From: the human T2T-CHM13v2.0 reference genome, Homo sapiens
DNA length: 64,000 nucleotides
Assembly: GCF_009914755.1 (NCBI RefSeq)
Contig: NC_060932.1
Direction: 5' to 3' (one strand)
A program made the translations under genes and the position numbers. The first letter of the stretch is position 1; every line of letters starts with the position of its first letter. Below are positions 28,101 through 41,903 of the stretch, in pieces. Under the pieces are notes generated by a model. The model saw nothing but the letters and a program-made list of their open reading frames with translations. It made no database searches and was not told where the DNA came from.

Positions 28101-29122
28101 CCTATGCTGAAAAAGGAAATATCTACCTATAGAAACTAGACAGAAGCATTCTGAGAATCACGTTTGTGATGTGGGTACTCAACTAACAGTGTTGATCCAT
28201 TCTTTTGATACAGCAGTTTTGAACCACACTTTTTGTAGAATCTGGAAGTGGATATTTGGAAAGCTTTGAGGATTTCGTTGGAAACGGGAATATCTTCAAA
28301 TAAAATCTAGCCAGAAGCATTCTAAGAAACATCTTAGGGATGTTTACATTCAAGTCACAGAGTTGAACATTCCCTTTCACAGAGCAGGTTTGAAACAATC
28401 TTCTCGTACTATCTGGCAGTGGACATTTTGAGCTCCTTGGGGCCTATGCTGAAAAAGGAAATATCTTCCGACAAAAACTAGACAGAAGCATTCGCAGAAT
28501 CACGTTTGTGATGTGTGCACTCAACTGTCAGAATTGAACCTTGGTTTGGACAGAGCACTTTTGAAACACTCTTTTTGTAGAATCTGCAGGTGGATATTTG
28601 GCTAGCTTTGAGGATTTCGTTGGAAACGGTAATGTCTTCAAAGAAAATCTAGACAGAAGCATTCTCAGAAACACCTTCGTGATGTTTGCAATCAAGTCAC
28701 AGAGTTGAACCTTCCGTTTCATAGAGCAGGTTGGAAACACTCTTTTTGTAGTATCTGGAAGTGGACATTTGGAGGGCTTTGTAGCCTATCTGGAAAAAGG
28801 AAATATCTTCCCATGAATGCGAGATAGAAGTAATCTCAGAAAGATGTTTATGCTGTATCTACTCAACTAACTGTGCTGAACATTTCTATTGATAGAGCAG
28901 TTTTGAGACACTCTTCTTTTGGAATCTGCAAGTGGATATTTGGATAGATTTGAGGATTTCGTTGGAAACGGGATTATATATAAAAAGTAGACAGCAGCAT
29001 TCTCAGAAACTTCTTTGTGATGTTTGCATCCAGCTCTCAGAGTTGAACATTCCCTTTCATAGAGTAGGTTTGAAACCCTCTTTTTATAGTGTCTGGAAGC
29101 GGGCATTTGGAGCGCTTTCAGG
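28101..29122 (+). repeat. 6-mer HOR variant, U23
   Basis: 1022-bp spacing; same hybrid junction as U10 at about 28229-28244. Confidence 0.93.
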
Positions 29123-32100
29123 CCTATGCTGAAAAAGGAAATATCTACCTATAGAAACTAGACAGAAGCATTCTGAGAATCACGTTTGTGATGTGGGTAC
29201 TCAACTAACAGTGTTGATCCATTCTTTTGATACAGCAGTTTTGAACCACACTTTTTGTAGAATCTGCAAGTGGATATTTGGATAGCTGTGAGGATTTCGT
29301 TGGAAACGGGAATGTCTTCATAGAAAATTTAGACAGAAGCATTCTCAGAACCTTGATTGTGATGTGTGTTCTCCACTAACAGAGTTGAACCTTTCTTTTG
29401 ACAGAACTGTTCTGAAACATTCTTTTTATAGAATCTGGAAGTGGATATTTGGAAAGCTTTGAGGATTTCGTTGGAAACGGGAATATCTTCAAATAAAATC
29501 TAGCCAGAAGCATTCTAAGAAACATCTTAGGGATGTTTACATTCAAGTCACAGAGTTGAACATTCCCTTTCACAGAGCAGGTTTGAAACAATCTTCTCGT
29601 ACTATCTGGCAGTGGACATTTTGAGCTCCTTGGGGCCTATGCTGAAAAAGGAAATATCTTCCGACAAAAACTAGACAGAAGCATTCGCAGAATCACGTTT
29701 GTGATGTGTGCACTCAACTGTCAGAATTGAACCTTGGTTTGGACAGAGCACTTTTGAAACACTCTTTTTGTAGAATCTGCAGGTGGATATTTGGCTAGCT
29801 TTGAGGATTTCGTTGGAAACGGTAATGTCTTCAAAGAAAATCTAGACAGAAGCATTCTCAGAAACACCTTCGTGATGTTTGCAATCAAGTCACAGAGTTG
29901 AACCTTCCGTTTCATAGAGCAGGTTGGAAACACTCTTTTTGTAGTATCTGGAAGTGGACATTTGGAGGGCTTTGTAGCCTATCTGGAAAAAGGAAATATC
30001 TTCCCATGAATGCGAGATAGAAGTAATCTCAGAAACATGTTTATGCTGTATCTACTCAACTAACTGTGCTGAACATTTCTATTGATAGAGCAGTTTTGAG
30101 ACACTCTTCTTTTGGAATCTGCAAGTGGATATTTGGATAGATTTGAGGATTTCGTTGGAAACGGGATTATATATAAAAAGTAGACAGCAGCATTCTCAGA
30201 AACTTCTTTGTGATGTTTGCATCCAGCTCTCAGAGTTGAACATTCCCTTTCATAGAGTAGGTTTGAAACCCTCTTTTTATAGTGTCTGGAAGCGGGCATT
30301 TGGAGCGCTTTCAGGCCTATGCTGAAAAAGGAAATATCTACCTATAGAAACTAGACAGAAGCATTCTGAGAATCACGTTTGTGATGTGGGTACTCAACTA
30401 ACAGTGTTGATCCATTCTTTTGATACAGCAGTTTTGAACCACACTTTTTGTAGAATCTGCAAGTGGATATTTGGATAGCTGTGAGGATTTCGTTGGAAAC
30501 GGGAATGTCTTCATAGAAAATTTAGACAGAAGCATTCTCAGAACCTTGATTGTGATGTGTGTTCTCCACTAACAGAGTTGAACCTTTCTTTTGACAGAAC
30601 TGTTCTGAAACATTCTTTTTGTAGAATCTGGAAGTGGATATTTGGAAAGCTTTGAGGATTTCGTTGGAAACGGGAATATCTTCAAATAAAATCTAGCCAG
30701 AAGCATTCTAAGAAACATCTTAGGGATGTTTACATTCAAGTCACAGAGTTGAACATTCCCTTTCACAGAGCAGGTTTGAAACAATCTTCTCGTACTATCT
30801 GGCAGTGGACATTTTGAGCTCCTTGGGGCCTATGCTGAAAAAGGAAATATCTTCCGACAAAAACTAGACAGAAGCATTCGCAGAATCACGTTTGTGATGT
30901 GTGCACTCAACTGTCAGAATTGAACCTTGGTTTGGACAGAGCACTTTTGAAACACTCTTTTTGTAGAATCTGCAGGTGGATATTTGGCTAGCTTTGAGGA
31001 TTTCGTTGGAAACGGTAATGTCTTCAAAGAAAATCTAGACAGAAGCATTCTCAGAAACACCTTCGTGATGTTTGCAATCAAGTCACAGAGTTGAACCTTC
31101 CGTTTCATAGAGCAGGTTGGAAACACTCTTTTTGTAGTATCTGGAAGTGGACATTTGGAGGGCTTTGTAGCCTATGTGGAAAAAGGAAATATCTTCCCAT
31201 GAATGCGAGATAGAAGTAATCTCAGAAACATGTTTATGCTGTATCTACTCAACTAACTGTGCTGAACATTTCTATTGATAGAGCAGTTTTGAGACACTCT
31301 TCTTTTGGAATCTGCAAGTGGATATTTGGATAGATTTGAGGATTTCATTGGAAACGGGATTATATATAAAAAGTAGACAGCAGCATTCTCAGAAACTTCT
31401 TTGTGATGTTTGCATCCAGCTCTCAGAGTTGAACATTCCCTTTCATAGAGTAGGTTTGAAACCCTCTTTTTATAGTGTCTGGAAGCGGGCATTTGGAGCG
31501 CTTTCAGGCCTATGCTGAAAAAGGAAATATCTACCTATAGAAACTAGACAGAAGCATTCTGAGAATCACGTTTGTGATGTGGGTACTCAACTAACAGTGT
31601 TGATCCATTCTTTTGATACAGCAGTTTTGAACCACACTTTTTGTAGAATCTGCAAGTGGATATTTGGATAGCTGTGAGGATTTCGTTGGAAACGGGAATG
31701 TCTTCATAGAAAATTTAGACAGAAGCATTCTCAGAACCTTGATTGTGATGTGTGTTCTCCACTAACAGAGTTGAACCTTTCTTTTGACAGAACTGTTCTG
31801 AAACATTCTTTTTATAGAATCTGGAAGTGGATATTTGGAAAGCTTTGAGGATTTCGTTGGAAACGGGAATATCTTCAAATAAAATCTAGCCAGAAGCATT
31901 CTAAGAAACATCTTAGGGATGTTTACATTCAAGTCACAGAGTTGAACATTCCCTTTCACAGAGCAGGTTTGAAACAATCTTCTCGTACTATCTGGCAGTG
32001 GACATTTTGAGCTCCTTGGGGCCTATGCTGAAAAAGGAAATATCTTCCGACAAAAACTAGACAGAAGCATTCGCAGAATCACGTTTGTGATGTGTGCACT

Positions 32101-35100
32101 CAACTGTCAGAATTGAACCTTGGTTTGGACAGAGCACTTTTGAAACACTCTTTTTGTAGAATCTGCAGGTGGATATTTGGCTAGCTTTGAGGATTTCGTT
32201 GGAAACGGTAATGTCTTCAAAGAAAATCTAGACAGAAGCATTCTCAGAAACACCTTCGTGATGTTTGCAATCAAGTCACAGAGTTGAACCTTCCGTTTCA
32301 TAGAGCAGGTTGGAAACACTCTTTTTGTAGTATCTGGAAGTGGACATTTGGAGGGCTTTGTAGCCTATCTGGAAAAAGGAAATATCTTCCCATGAATGCG
32401 AGATAGAAGTAATCTCAGAAACATGTTTATGCTGTATCTACTCAACTAACTGTGCTGAACATTTCTATTGATAGAGCAGTTTTGAGACACTCTTCTTTTG
32501 GAATCTGCAAGTGGATATTTGGATAGATTTGAGGATTTCGTTGGAAACGGGATTATATATAAAAAGTAGACAGCAGCATTCTCAGAAACTTCTTTGTGAT
32601 GTTTGCATCCAGCTCTCAGAGTTGAACATTCCCTTTCATAGAGTAGGTTTGAAACCCTCTTTTTATAGTGTCTGGAAGCGGGCATTTGGAGCGCTTTCAG
32701 GCCTATGCTGAAAAAGGAAATATCTACCTATAGAAACTAGACAGAAGCATTCTGAGAATCACGTTTGTGATGTGGGTACTCAACTAACAGTGTTGATCCA
32801 TTCTTTTGATACAGCAGTTTTGAACCACACTTTTTGTAGAATCTGCAAGTGGATATTTGGATAGCTGTGAGGATTTCGTTGGAAACGGGAATGTCTTCAT
32901 AGAAAATTTAGACAGAAGCATTCTCAGAACCTTGATTGTGATGTGTGTTCTCCACTAACAGAGTTGAACCTTTCTTTTGACAGAACTGTTCTGAAACATT
33001 CTTTTTGTAGAATCTGGAAGTGGATATTTGGAAAGCTTTGAGGATTTCGTTGGAAACGGGAATATCTTCAAATAAAATCTAGCCAGAAGCATTCTAAGAA
33101 ACATCTTAGGGATGTTTACATTCAAGTCACAGAGTTGAACATTCCCTTTCACAGAGCAGGTTTGAAACAATCTTCTCGTACTATCTGGCAGTGGACATTT
33201 TGAGCTCCTTGGGGCCTATGCTGAAAAAGGAAATATCTTCCGACAAAAACTAGACAGAAGCATTCGCAGAATCACGTTTGTGATGTGTGCACTCAACTGT
33301 CAGAATTGAACCTTGGTTTGGACAGAGCACTTTTGAAACACTCTTTTTGTAGAATCTGCAGGTGGATATTTGGCTAGCTTTGAGGATTTCGTTGGAAACG
33401 GTAATGTCTTCAAAGAAAATCTAGACAGAAGCATTCTCAGAAACACCTTCGTGATGTTTGCAATCAAGTCACAGAGTTGAACCTTCCGTTTCATAGAGCA
33501 GGTTGGAAACACTCTTTTTGTAGTATCTGGAAGTGGACATTTGGAGGGCTTTGTAGCCTATGTGGAAAAAGGAAATATCTTCCCATGAATGCGAGATAGA
33601 AGTAATCTCAGAAACATGTTTATGCTGTATCTACTCAACTAACTGTGCTGAACATTTCTATTGATAGAGCAGTTTTGAGACACTCTTCTTTTGGAATCTG
33701 CAAGTGGATATTTGGATAGATTTGAGGATTTCATTGGAAACGGGATTATATATAAAAAGTAGACAGCAGCATTCTCAGAAACTTCTTTGTGATGTTTGCA
33801 TCCAGCTCTCAGAGTTGAACATTCCCTTTCATAGAGTAGGTTTGAAACCCTCTTTTTATAGTGTCTGGAAGCGGGCATTTGGAGCGCTTTCAGGCCTATG
33901 CTGAAAAAGGAAATATCTACCTATAGAAACTAGACAGAAGCATTCTGAGAATCACGTTTGTGATGTGGGTACTCAACTAACAGTGTTGATCCATTCTTTT
34001 GATACAGCAGTTTTGAACCACACTTTTTGTAGAATCTGCAAGTGGATATTTGGATAGCTGTGAGGATTTCGTTGGAAACGGGAATGTCTTCATAGAAAAT
34101 TTAGACAGAAGCATTCTCAGAACCTTGATTGTGATGTGTGTTCTCCACTAACAGAGTTGAACCTTTCTTTTGACAGAACTGTTCTGAAACATTCTTTTTA
34201 TAGAATCTGGAAGTGGATATTTGGAAAGCTTTGAGGATTTCGTTGGAAACGGGAATATCTTCAAATCAAATCTAGCCAGAAGCATTCTAAGAAACATCTT
34301 AGGGATGTTTACATTCAAGTCACAGAGTTGAACATTCCCTTTCACAGAGCAGGTTTGAAACAATCTTCTCGTACTATCTGGCAGTGGACATTTTGAGCTC
34401 CTTGGGGCCTATGCTGAAAAAGGAAATATCTTCCGACAAAAACTAGACAGAAGCATTCGCAGAATCACGTTTGTGATGTGTGCACTCAACTGTCAGAATT
34501 GAACCTTGGTTTGGACAGAGCACTTTTGAAACACTCTTTTTGTAGAATCTGCAGGTGGATATTTGGCTAGCTTTGAGGATTTCGTTGGAAACGGTAATGT
34601 CTTCAAAGAAAATCTAGACAGAAGCATTCTCAGAAACACCTTCGTGATGTTTGCAATCAAGTCACAGAGTTGAACCTTCCGTTTCATAGAGCAGGTTGGA
34701 AACACTCTTTCTGTAGTATCTGGAAGTGGACATTTGGAGGGCTTTGTAGCCTATCTGGAAAAAGGAAATATCTTCCCATGAATGCGAGATAGAAGTAATC
34801 TCAGAAACATGTTTATGCTGTATCTACTCAACTAACTGTGCTGAACATTTCTATTGATAGAGCAGTTTTGAGACACTCTTCTTTTGGAATCTGCAAGTGG
34901 ATATTTGGATAGATTTGAGGATTTCGTTGGAAACGGGATTATATATAAAAAGTAGACAGCAGCATTCTCAGAAACTTCTTTGTGATGTTTGCATCCAGCT
35001 CTCAGAGTTGAACATTCCCTTTCATAGAGTAGGTTTGAAACCCTCTTTTTATAGTGTCTGGAAGCGGGCATTTGGAGCGCTTTCAGGCCTATGCTGAAAA

Positions 35101-36280
35101 AGGAAATATCTACCTATAGAAACTAGACAGAAGCATTCTGAGAATCACGTTTGTGATGTGGGTACTCAACTAACAGTGTTGATCCATTCTTTTGATACAG
35201 CAGTTTTGAACCACACTTTTTGTAGAATCTGCAAGTGGATATTTGGATAGCTGTGAGGATTTCGTTGGAAACGGGAATGTCTTCATAGAAAATTTAGACA
35301 GAAGCATTCTCAGAACCTTGATTGTGATGTGTGTTCTCCACTAACAGAGTTGAACCTTTCTTTTGACAGAACTGTTCTGAAACATTCTTTTTATAGAATC
35401 TGGAAGTGGATATTTGGAAAGCTTTGAGGATTTCGTTGGAAACGGGAATATCTTCAAATAAAATCTAGCCAGAAGCATTCTAAGAAACATCTTAGGGATG
35501 TTTACATTCAAGTCACAGAGTTGAACATTCCCTTTCACAGAGCAGGTTTGAAACAATCTTCTCGTACTATCTGGCAGTGGACATTTTGAGCTCCTTGGGG
35601 CCTATGCTGAAAAAGGAAATATCTTCCGACAAAAACTAGACAGAAGCATTCGCAGAATCACGTTTGTGATGTGTGCACTCAACTGTCAGAATTGAACCTT
35701 GGTTTGGACAGAGCACTTTTGAAACACTCTTTTTGTAGAATCTGCAGGTGGATATTTGGCTAGCTTTGAGGATTTCGTTGGAAACGGTAATGTCTTCAAA
35801 GAAAATCTAGACAGAAGCATTCTCAGAAACACCTTCGTGATGTTTGCAATCAAGTCACAGAGTTGAACCTTCCGTTTCATAGAGCAGGTTGGAAACACTC
35901 TTTTTGTAGTATCTGGAAGTGGACATTTGGAGGGCTTTGTAGCCTATCTGGAAAAAGGAAATATCTTCCCATGAATGCGAGATAGAAGTAATCTCAGAAA
36001 CATGTTTATGCTGTATCTACTCAACTAACTGTGCTGAACATTTCTATTGATAGAGCAGTTTTGAGACACTCTTCTTTTGGAATCTGCAAGTGGATATTTG
36101 GATAGATTTGAGGATTTCGTTGGAAACGGGATTATATATCAAAAGTAGACAGCAGCATTCTCAGAAACTTCTTTGTGATGTTTGCATCCAGCTCTCAGAG
36201 TTGAACATTCCCTTTCATAGAGTAGGTTTGAAACCCTCTTTTTATAGTGTCTGGAAGCGGGCATTTGGAGCGCTTTCAGG
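29123..36280 (+). repeat. Run of six 7-mer HORs, U24-U29
   Basis: 1193-bp spacing of marker ORFs 29591 ... 35556. Confidence 0.95.
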
Positions 36281-37302
36281 CCTATGCTGAAAAAGGAAAT
36301 ATCTACCTATAGAAACTAGACAGAAGCATTCTGAGAATCACGTTTGTGATGTGGGTACTCAACTAACAGTGTTGATCCATTCTTTTGATACAGCAGTTTT
36401 GAACCACACTTTTTGTAGAATCTGGAAGTGGATATTTGGAAAGCTTTGAGGATTTCGTTGGAAACGGGAATATCTTCAAATAAAATCTAGCCAGAAGCAT
36501 TCTAAGAAACATCTTAGGGATGTTTACATTCAAGTCACAGAGTTGAACATTCCCTTTCACAGAGCAGGTTTGAAACAATCTTCTCGTACTATCTGGCAGT
36601 GGACATTTTGAGCTCCTTGGGGCCTATGCTGAAAAAGGAAATATCTTCCGACAAAAACTAGACAGAAGCATTCGCAGAATCACGTTTGTGATGTGTGCAC
36701 TCAACTGTCAGAATTGAACCTTGGTTTGGACAGAGCACTTTTGAAACACTCTTTTTGTAGAATCTGCAGGTGGATATTTGGCTAGCTTTGAGGATTTCGT
36801 TGGAAACGGTAATGTCTTCAAAGAAAATCTAGACAGAAGCATTCTCAGAAACACCTTCGTGATGTTTGCAATCAAGTCACAGAGTTGAACCTTCCGTTTC
36901 ATAGAGCAGGTTGGAAACACTCTTTTTGTAGTATCTGGAAGTGGACATTTGGAGGGCTTTGTAGCCTATCTGGAAAAAGGAAATATCTTCCCATGAATGC
37001 GAGATAGAAGTAATCTCAGAAACATGTTTATGCTGTATCTACTCAACTAACTGTGCTGAACATTTCTATTGATAGAGCAGTTTTGAGACACTCTTCTTTT
37101 GGAATCTGCAAGTGGATATTTGGATAGATTTGAGGATTTCGTTGGAAACGGGATTATATATAAAAAGTAGACAGCAGCATTCTCAGAAACTTCTTTGTGA
37201 TGTTTGCATCCAGCTCTCAGAGTTGAACATTCCCTTTCATAGAGTAGGTTTGAAACCCTCTTTTTATAGTGTCTGGAAGCGGGCATTTGGAGCGCTTTCA
37301 GG
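36281..37302 (+). repeat. 6-mer HOR variant, U30
   Basis: 1022-bp spacing; junction at about 36409-36424. Confidence 0.93.
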
Positions 37303-40300
37303 CCTATGCTGAAAAAGGAAATATCTACCTATAGAAACTAGACAGAAGCATTCTGAGAATCACGTTTGTGATGTGGGTACTCAACTAACAGTGTTGATCC
37401 ATTCTTTTGATACAGCAGTTTTGAACCACACTTTTTGTAGAATCTGCAAGTGGATATTTGGATAGCTGTGAGGATTTCGTTGGAAACGGGAATGTCTTCA
37501 TAGAAAATTTAGACAGAAGCATTCTCAGAACCTTGATTGTGATGTGTGTTCTCCACTAACAGAGTTGAACCTTTCTTTTGACAGAACTGTTCTGAAACAT
37601 TCTTTTTGTAGAATCTGGAAGTGGATATTTGGAAAGCTTTGAGGATTTCGTTGGAAACGGGAATATCTTCAAATAAAATCTAGCCAGAAGCATTCTAAGA
37701 AACATCTTAGGGATGTTTACATTCAAGTCACAGAGTTGAACATTCCCTTTCACAGAGCAGGTTTGAAACAATCTTCTCGTACTATCTGGCAGTGGACATT
37801 TTGAGCTCCTTGGGGCCTATCCTGAAAAAGGAAATATCTTCCGACAAAAACTAGACAGAAGCATTCGCAGAATCACGTTTGTGATGTGTGCACTCAACTG
37901 TCAGAATTGAACCTTGGTTTGGACAGAGCACTTTTGAAACACTCTTTTTGTAGAATCTGCAGGTGGATATTTGGCTAGCTTTGAGGATTTCGTTGGAAAC
38001 GGTAATGTCTTCAAAGAAAATCTAGACAGAAGCATTCTCAGAAACACCTTCGTGATGTTTGCAATCAAGTCACAGAGTTGAACCTTCCGTTTCATAGAGC
38101 AGGTTGGAAACACTCTTTTTGTAGTATCTGGAAGTGGACATTTGGAGGGCTTTGTAGCCTATGTGGAAAAAGGAAATATCTTCCCATGAATGCGAGATAG
38201 AAGTAATCTCAGAAACATGTTTATGCTGTATCTACTCAACTAACTGTGCTGAACATTTCTATTGATAGAGCAGTTTTGAGACACTCTTCTTTTGGAATCT
38301 GCAAGTGGATATTTGGATAGATTTGAGGATTTCGTTGGAAACGGGATTATATATAAAAAGTAGACAGCAGCATTCTCAGAAACTTCTTTGTGATGTTTGC
38401 ATCCAGCTCTCAGAGTTGAACATTCCCTTTCATAGAGTAGGTTTGAAACCCTCTTTTTATAGTGTCTGGAAGCGGGCATTTGGAGCGCTTTCAGGCCTAT
38501 GCTGAAAAAGGAAATATCTACCTATAGAAACTAGACAGAAGCATTCTGAGAATCACGTTTGTGATGTGGGTACTCAACTAACAGTGTTGATCCATTCTTT
38601 TGATACAGCAGTTTTGAACCACACTTTTTGTAGAATCTGCAAGTGGATATTTGGATAGCTGTGAGGATTTCGTTGGAAACGGGAATGTCTTCATAGAAAA
38701 TTTAGACAGAAGCATTCTCAGAACCTTGATTGTGATGTGTGTTCTCCACTAACAGAGTTGAACCTTTCTTTTGACAGAACTGTTCTGAAACATTCTTTTT
38801 ATAGAATCTGGAAGTGGATATTTGGAAAGCTTTGAGGATTTCGTTGGAAACGGGAATATCTTCAAATCAAATCTAGCCAGAAGCATTCTAAGAAACATCT
38901 TAGGGATGTTTACATTCAAGTCACAGAGTTGAACATTCCCTTTCACAGAGCAGGTTTGAAACAATCTTCTCGTACTATCTGGCAGTGGACATTTTGAGCT
39001 CCTTGGGGCCTATGCTGAAAAAGGAAATATCTTCCGACAAAAACTAGACAGAAGCATTCGCAGAATCACGTTTGTGATGTGTGCACTCAACTGTCAGAAT
39101 TGAACCTTGGTTTGGACAGAGCACTTTTGAAACACTCTTTTTGTAGAATCTGCAGGTGGATATTTGGCTAGCTTTGAGGATTTCGTTGGAAACGGTAATG
39201 TCTTCAAAGAAAATCTAGACAGAAGCATTCTCAGAAACACCTTCGTGATGTTTGCAATCAAGTCACAGAGTTGAACCTTCCGTTTCATAGAGCAGGTTGG
39301 AAACACTCTTTCTGTAGTATCTGGAAGTGGACATTTGGAGGGCTTTGTAGCCTATCTGGAAAAAGGAAATATCTTCCCATGAATGCGAGATAGAAGTAAT
39401 CTCAGAAACATGTTTATGCTGTATCTACTCAACTAACTGTGCTGAACATTTCTATTGATAGAGCAGTTTTGAGACACTCTTCTTTTGGAATCTGCAAGTG
39501 GATATTTGGATAGATTTGAGGATTTCGTTGGAAACGGGATTATATATCAAAAGTAGACAGCAGCATTCTCAGAAACTTCTTTGTGATGTTTGCATCCAGC
39601 TCTCAGAGTTGAACATTCCCTTTCATAGAGTAGGTTTGAAACCCTCTTTTTATAGTGTCTGGAAGCGGGCATTTGGAGCGCTTTCAGGCCTATGCTGAAA
39701 AAGGAAATATCTACCTATAGAAACTAGACAGAAGCATTCTGAGAATCACGTTTGTGATGTGGGTACTCAACTAACAGTGTTGATCCATTCTTTTGATACA
39801 GCAGTTTTGAACCACACTTTTTGTAGAATCTGCAAGTGGATATTTGGATAGCTGTGAGGATTTCGTTGGAAACGGGAATGTCTTCATAGAAAATTTAGAC
39901 AGAAGCATTCTCAGAACCTTGATTGTGATGTGTGTTCTCCACTAACAGAGTTGAACCTTTCTTTTGACAGAACTGTTCTGAAACATTCTTTTTATAGAAT
40001 CTGGAAGTGGATATTTGGAAAGCTTTGAGGATTTCGTTGGAAACGGGAATATCTTCAAATAAAATCTAGCCAGAAGCATTCTAAGAAACATCTTAGGGAT
40101 GTTTACATTCAAGTCACAGAGTTGAACATTCCCTTTCACAGAGCAGGTTTGAAACAATCTTCTCGTACTATCTGGCAGTGGACATTTTGAGCTCCTTGGG
40201 GCCTATGCTGAAAAAGGAAATATCTTCCGACAAAAACTAGACAGAAGCATTCGCAGAATCACGTTTGTGATGTGTGCACTCAACTGTCAGAATTGAACCT

Positions 40301-40881
40301 TGGTTTGGACAGAGCACTTTTGAAACACTCTTTTTGTAGAATCTGCAGGTGGATATTTGGCTAGCTTTGAGGATTTCGTTGGAAACGGTAATGTCTTCAA
40401 AGAAAATCTAGACAGAAGCATTCTCAGAAACACCTTCGTGATGTTTGCAATCAAGTCACAGAGTTGAACCTTCCGTTTCATAGAGCAGGTTGGAAACACT
40501 CTTTCTGTAGTATCTGGAAGTGGACATTTGGAGGGCTTTGTAGCCTATCTGGAAAAAGGAAATATCTTCCCATGAATGCGAGATAGAAGTAATCTCAGAA
40601 ACATGTTTATGCTGTATCTACTCAACTAACTGTGCTGAACATTTCTATTGATAGAGCAGTTTTGAGACACTCTTCTTTTGGAATCTGCAAGTGGATATTT
40701 GGATAGATTTGAGGATTTCGTTGGAAACGGGATTATATATCAAAAGTAGACAGCAGCATTCTCAGAAACTTCTTTGTGATGTTTGCATCCAGCTCTCAGA
40801 GTTGAACATTCCCTTTCATAGAGTAGGTTTGAAACCCTCTTTTTATAGTGTCTGGAAGCGGGCATTTGGAGCGCTTTCAGG
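37303..40881 (+). repeat. Run of three 7-mer HORs, U31-U33
   Basis: 1193-bp spacing. Confidence 0.95.
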
Positions 40882-41903
40882 CCTATGCTGAAAAAGGAAA
40901 TATCTACCTATAGAAACTAGACAGAAGCATTCTGAGAATCACGTTTGTGATGTGGGTACTCAACTAACAGTGTTGATCCATTCTTTTGATACAGCAGTTT
41001 TGAACCACACTTTTTGTAGAATCTGGAAGTGGATATTTGGAAAGCTTTGAGGATTTCGTTGGAAACGGGAATATCTTCAAATAAAATCTAGCCAGAAGCA
41101 TTCTAAGAAACATCTTAGGGATGTTTACATTCAAGTCACAGAGTTGAACATTCCCTTTCACAGAGCAGGTTTGAAACAATCTTCTCGTACTATCTGGCAG
41201 TGGACATTTTGAGCTCCTTGGGGCCTATGCTGAAAAAGGAAATATCTTCCGACAAAAACTAGACAGAAGCATTCGCAGAATCACGTTTGTGATGTGTGCA
41301 CTCAACTGTCAGAATTGAACCTTGGTTTGGACAGAGCACTTTTGAAACACTCTTTTTGTAGAATCTGCAGGTGGATATTTGGCTAGCTTTGAGGATTTCG
41401 TTGGAAACGGTAATGTCTTCAAAGAAAATCTAGACAGAAGCATTCTCAGAAACACCTTCGTGATGTTTGCAATCAAGTCACAGAGTTGAACCTTCCGTTT
41501 CATAGAGCAGGTTGGAAACACTCTTTTTGTAGTATCTGGAAGTGGACATTTGGAGGGCTTTGTAGCCTATCTGGAAAAAGGAAATATCTTCCCATGAATG
41601 CGAGATAGAAGTAATCTCAGAAACATGTTTATGCTGTATCTACTCAACTAACTGTGCTGAACATTTCTATTGATAGAGCAGTTTTGAGACACTCTTCTTT
41701 TGGAATCTGCAAGTGGATATTTGGATAGATTTGAGGATTTCGTTGGAAACGGGATTATATATAAAAAGTAGACAGCAGCATTCTCAGAAACTTCTTTGTG
41801 ATGTTTGCATCCAGCTCTCAGAGTTGAACATTCCCTTTCATAGAGTAGGTTTGAAACCCTCTTTTTATAGTGTCTGGAAGCGGGCATTTGGAGCGCTTTC
41901 AGG
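40882..41903 (+). repeat. 6-mer HOR variant, U34
   Basis: 1022-bp spacing; junction at about 41010-41025. Confidence 0.93.
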
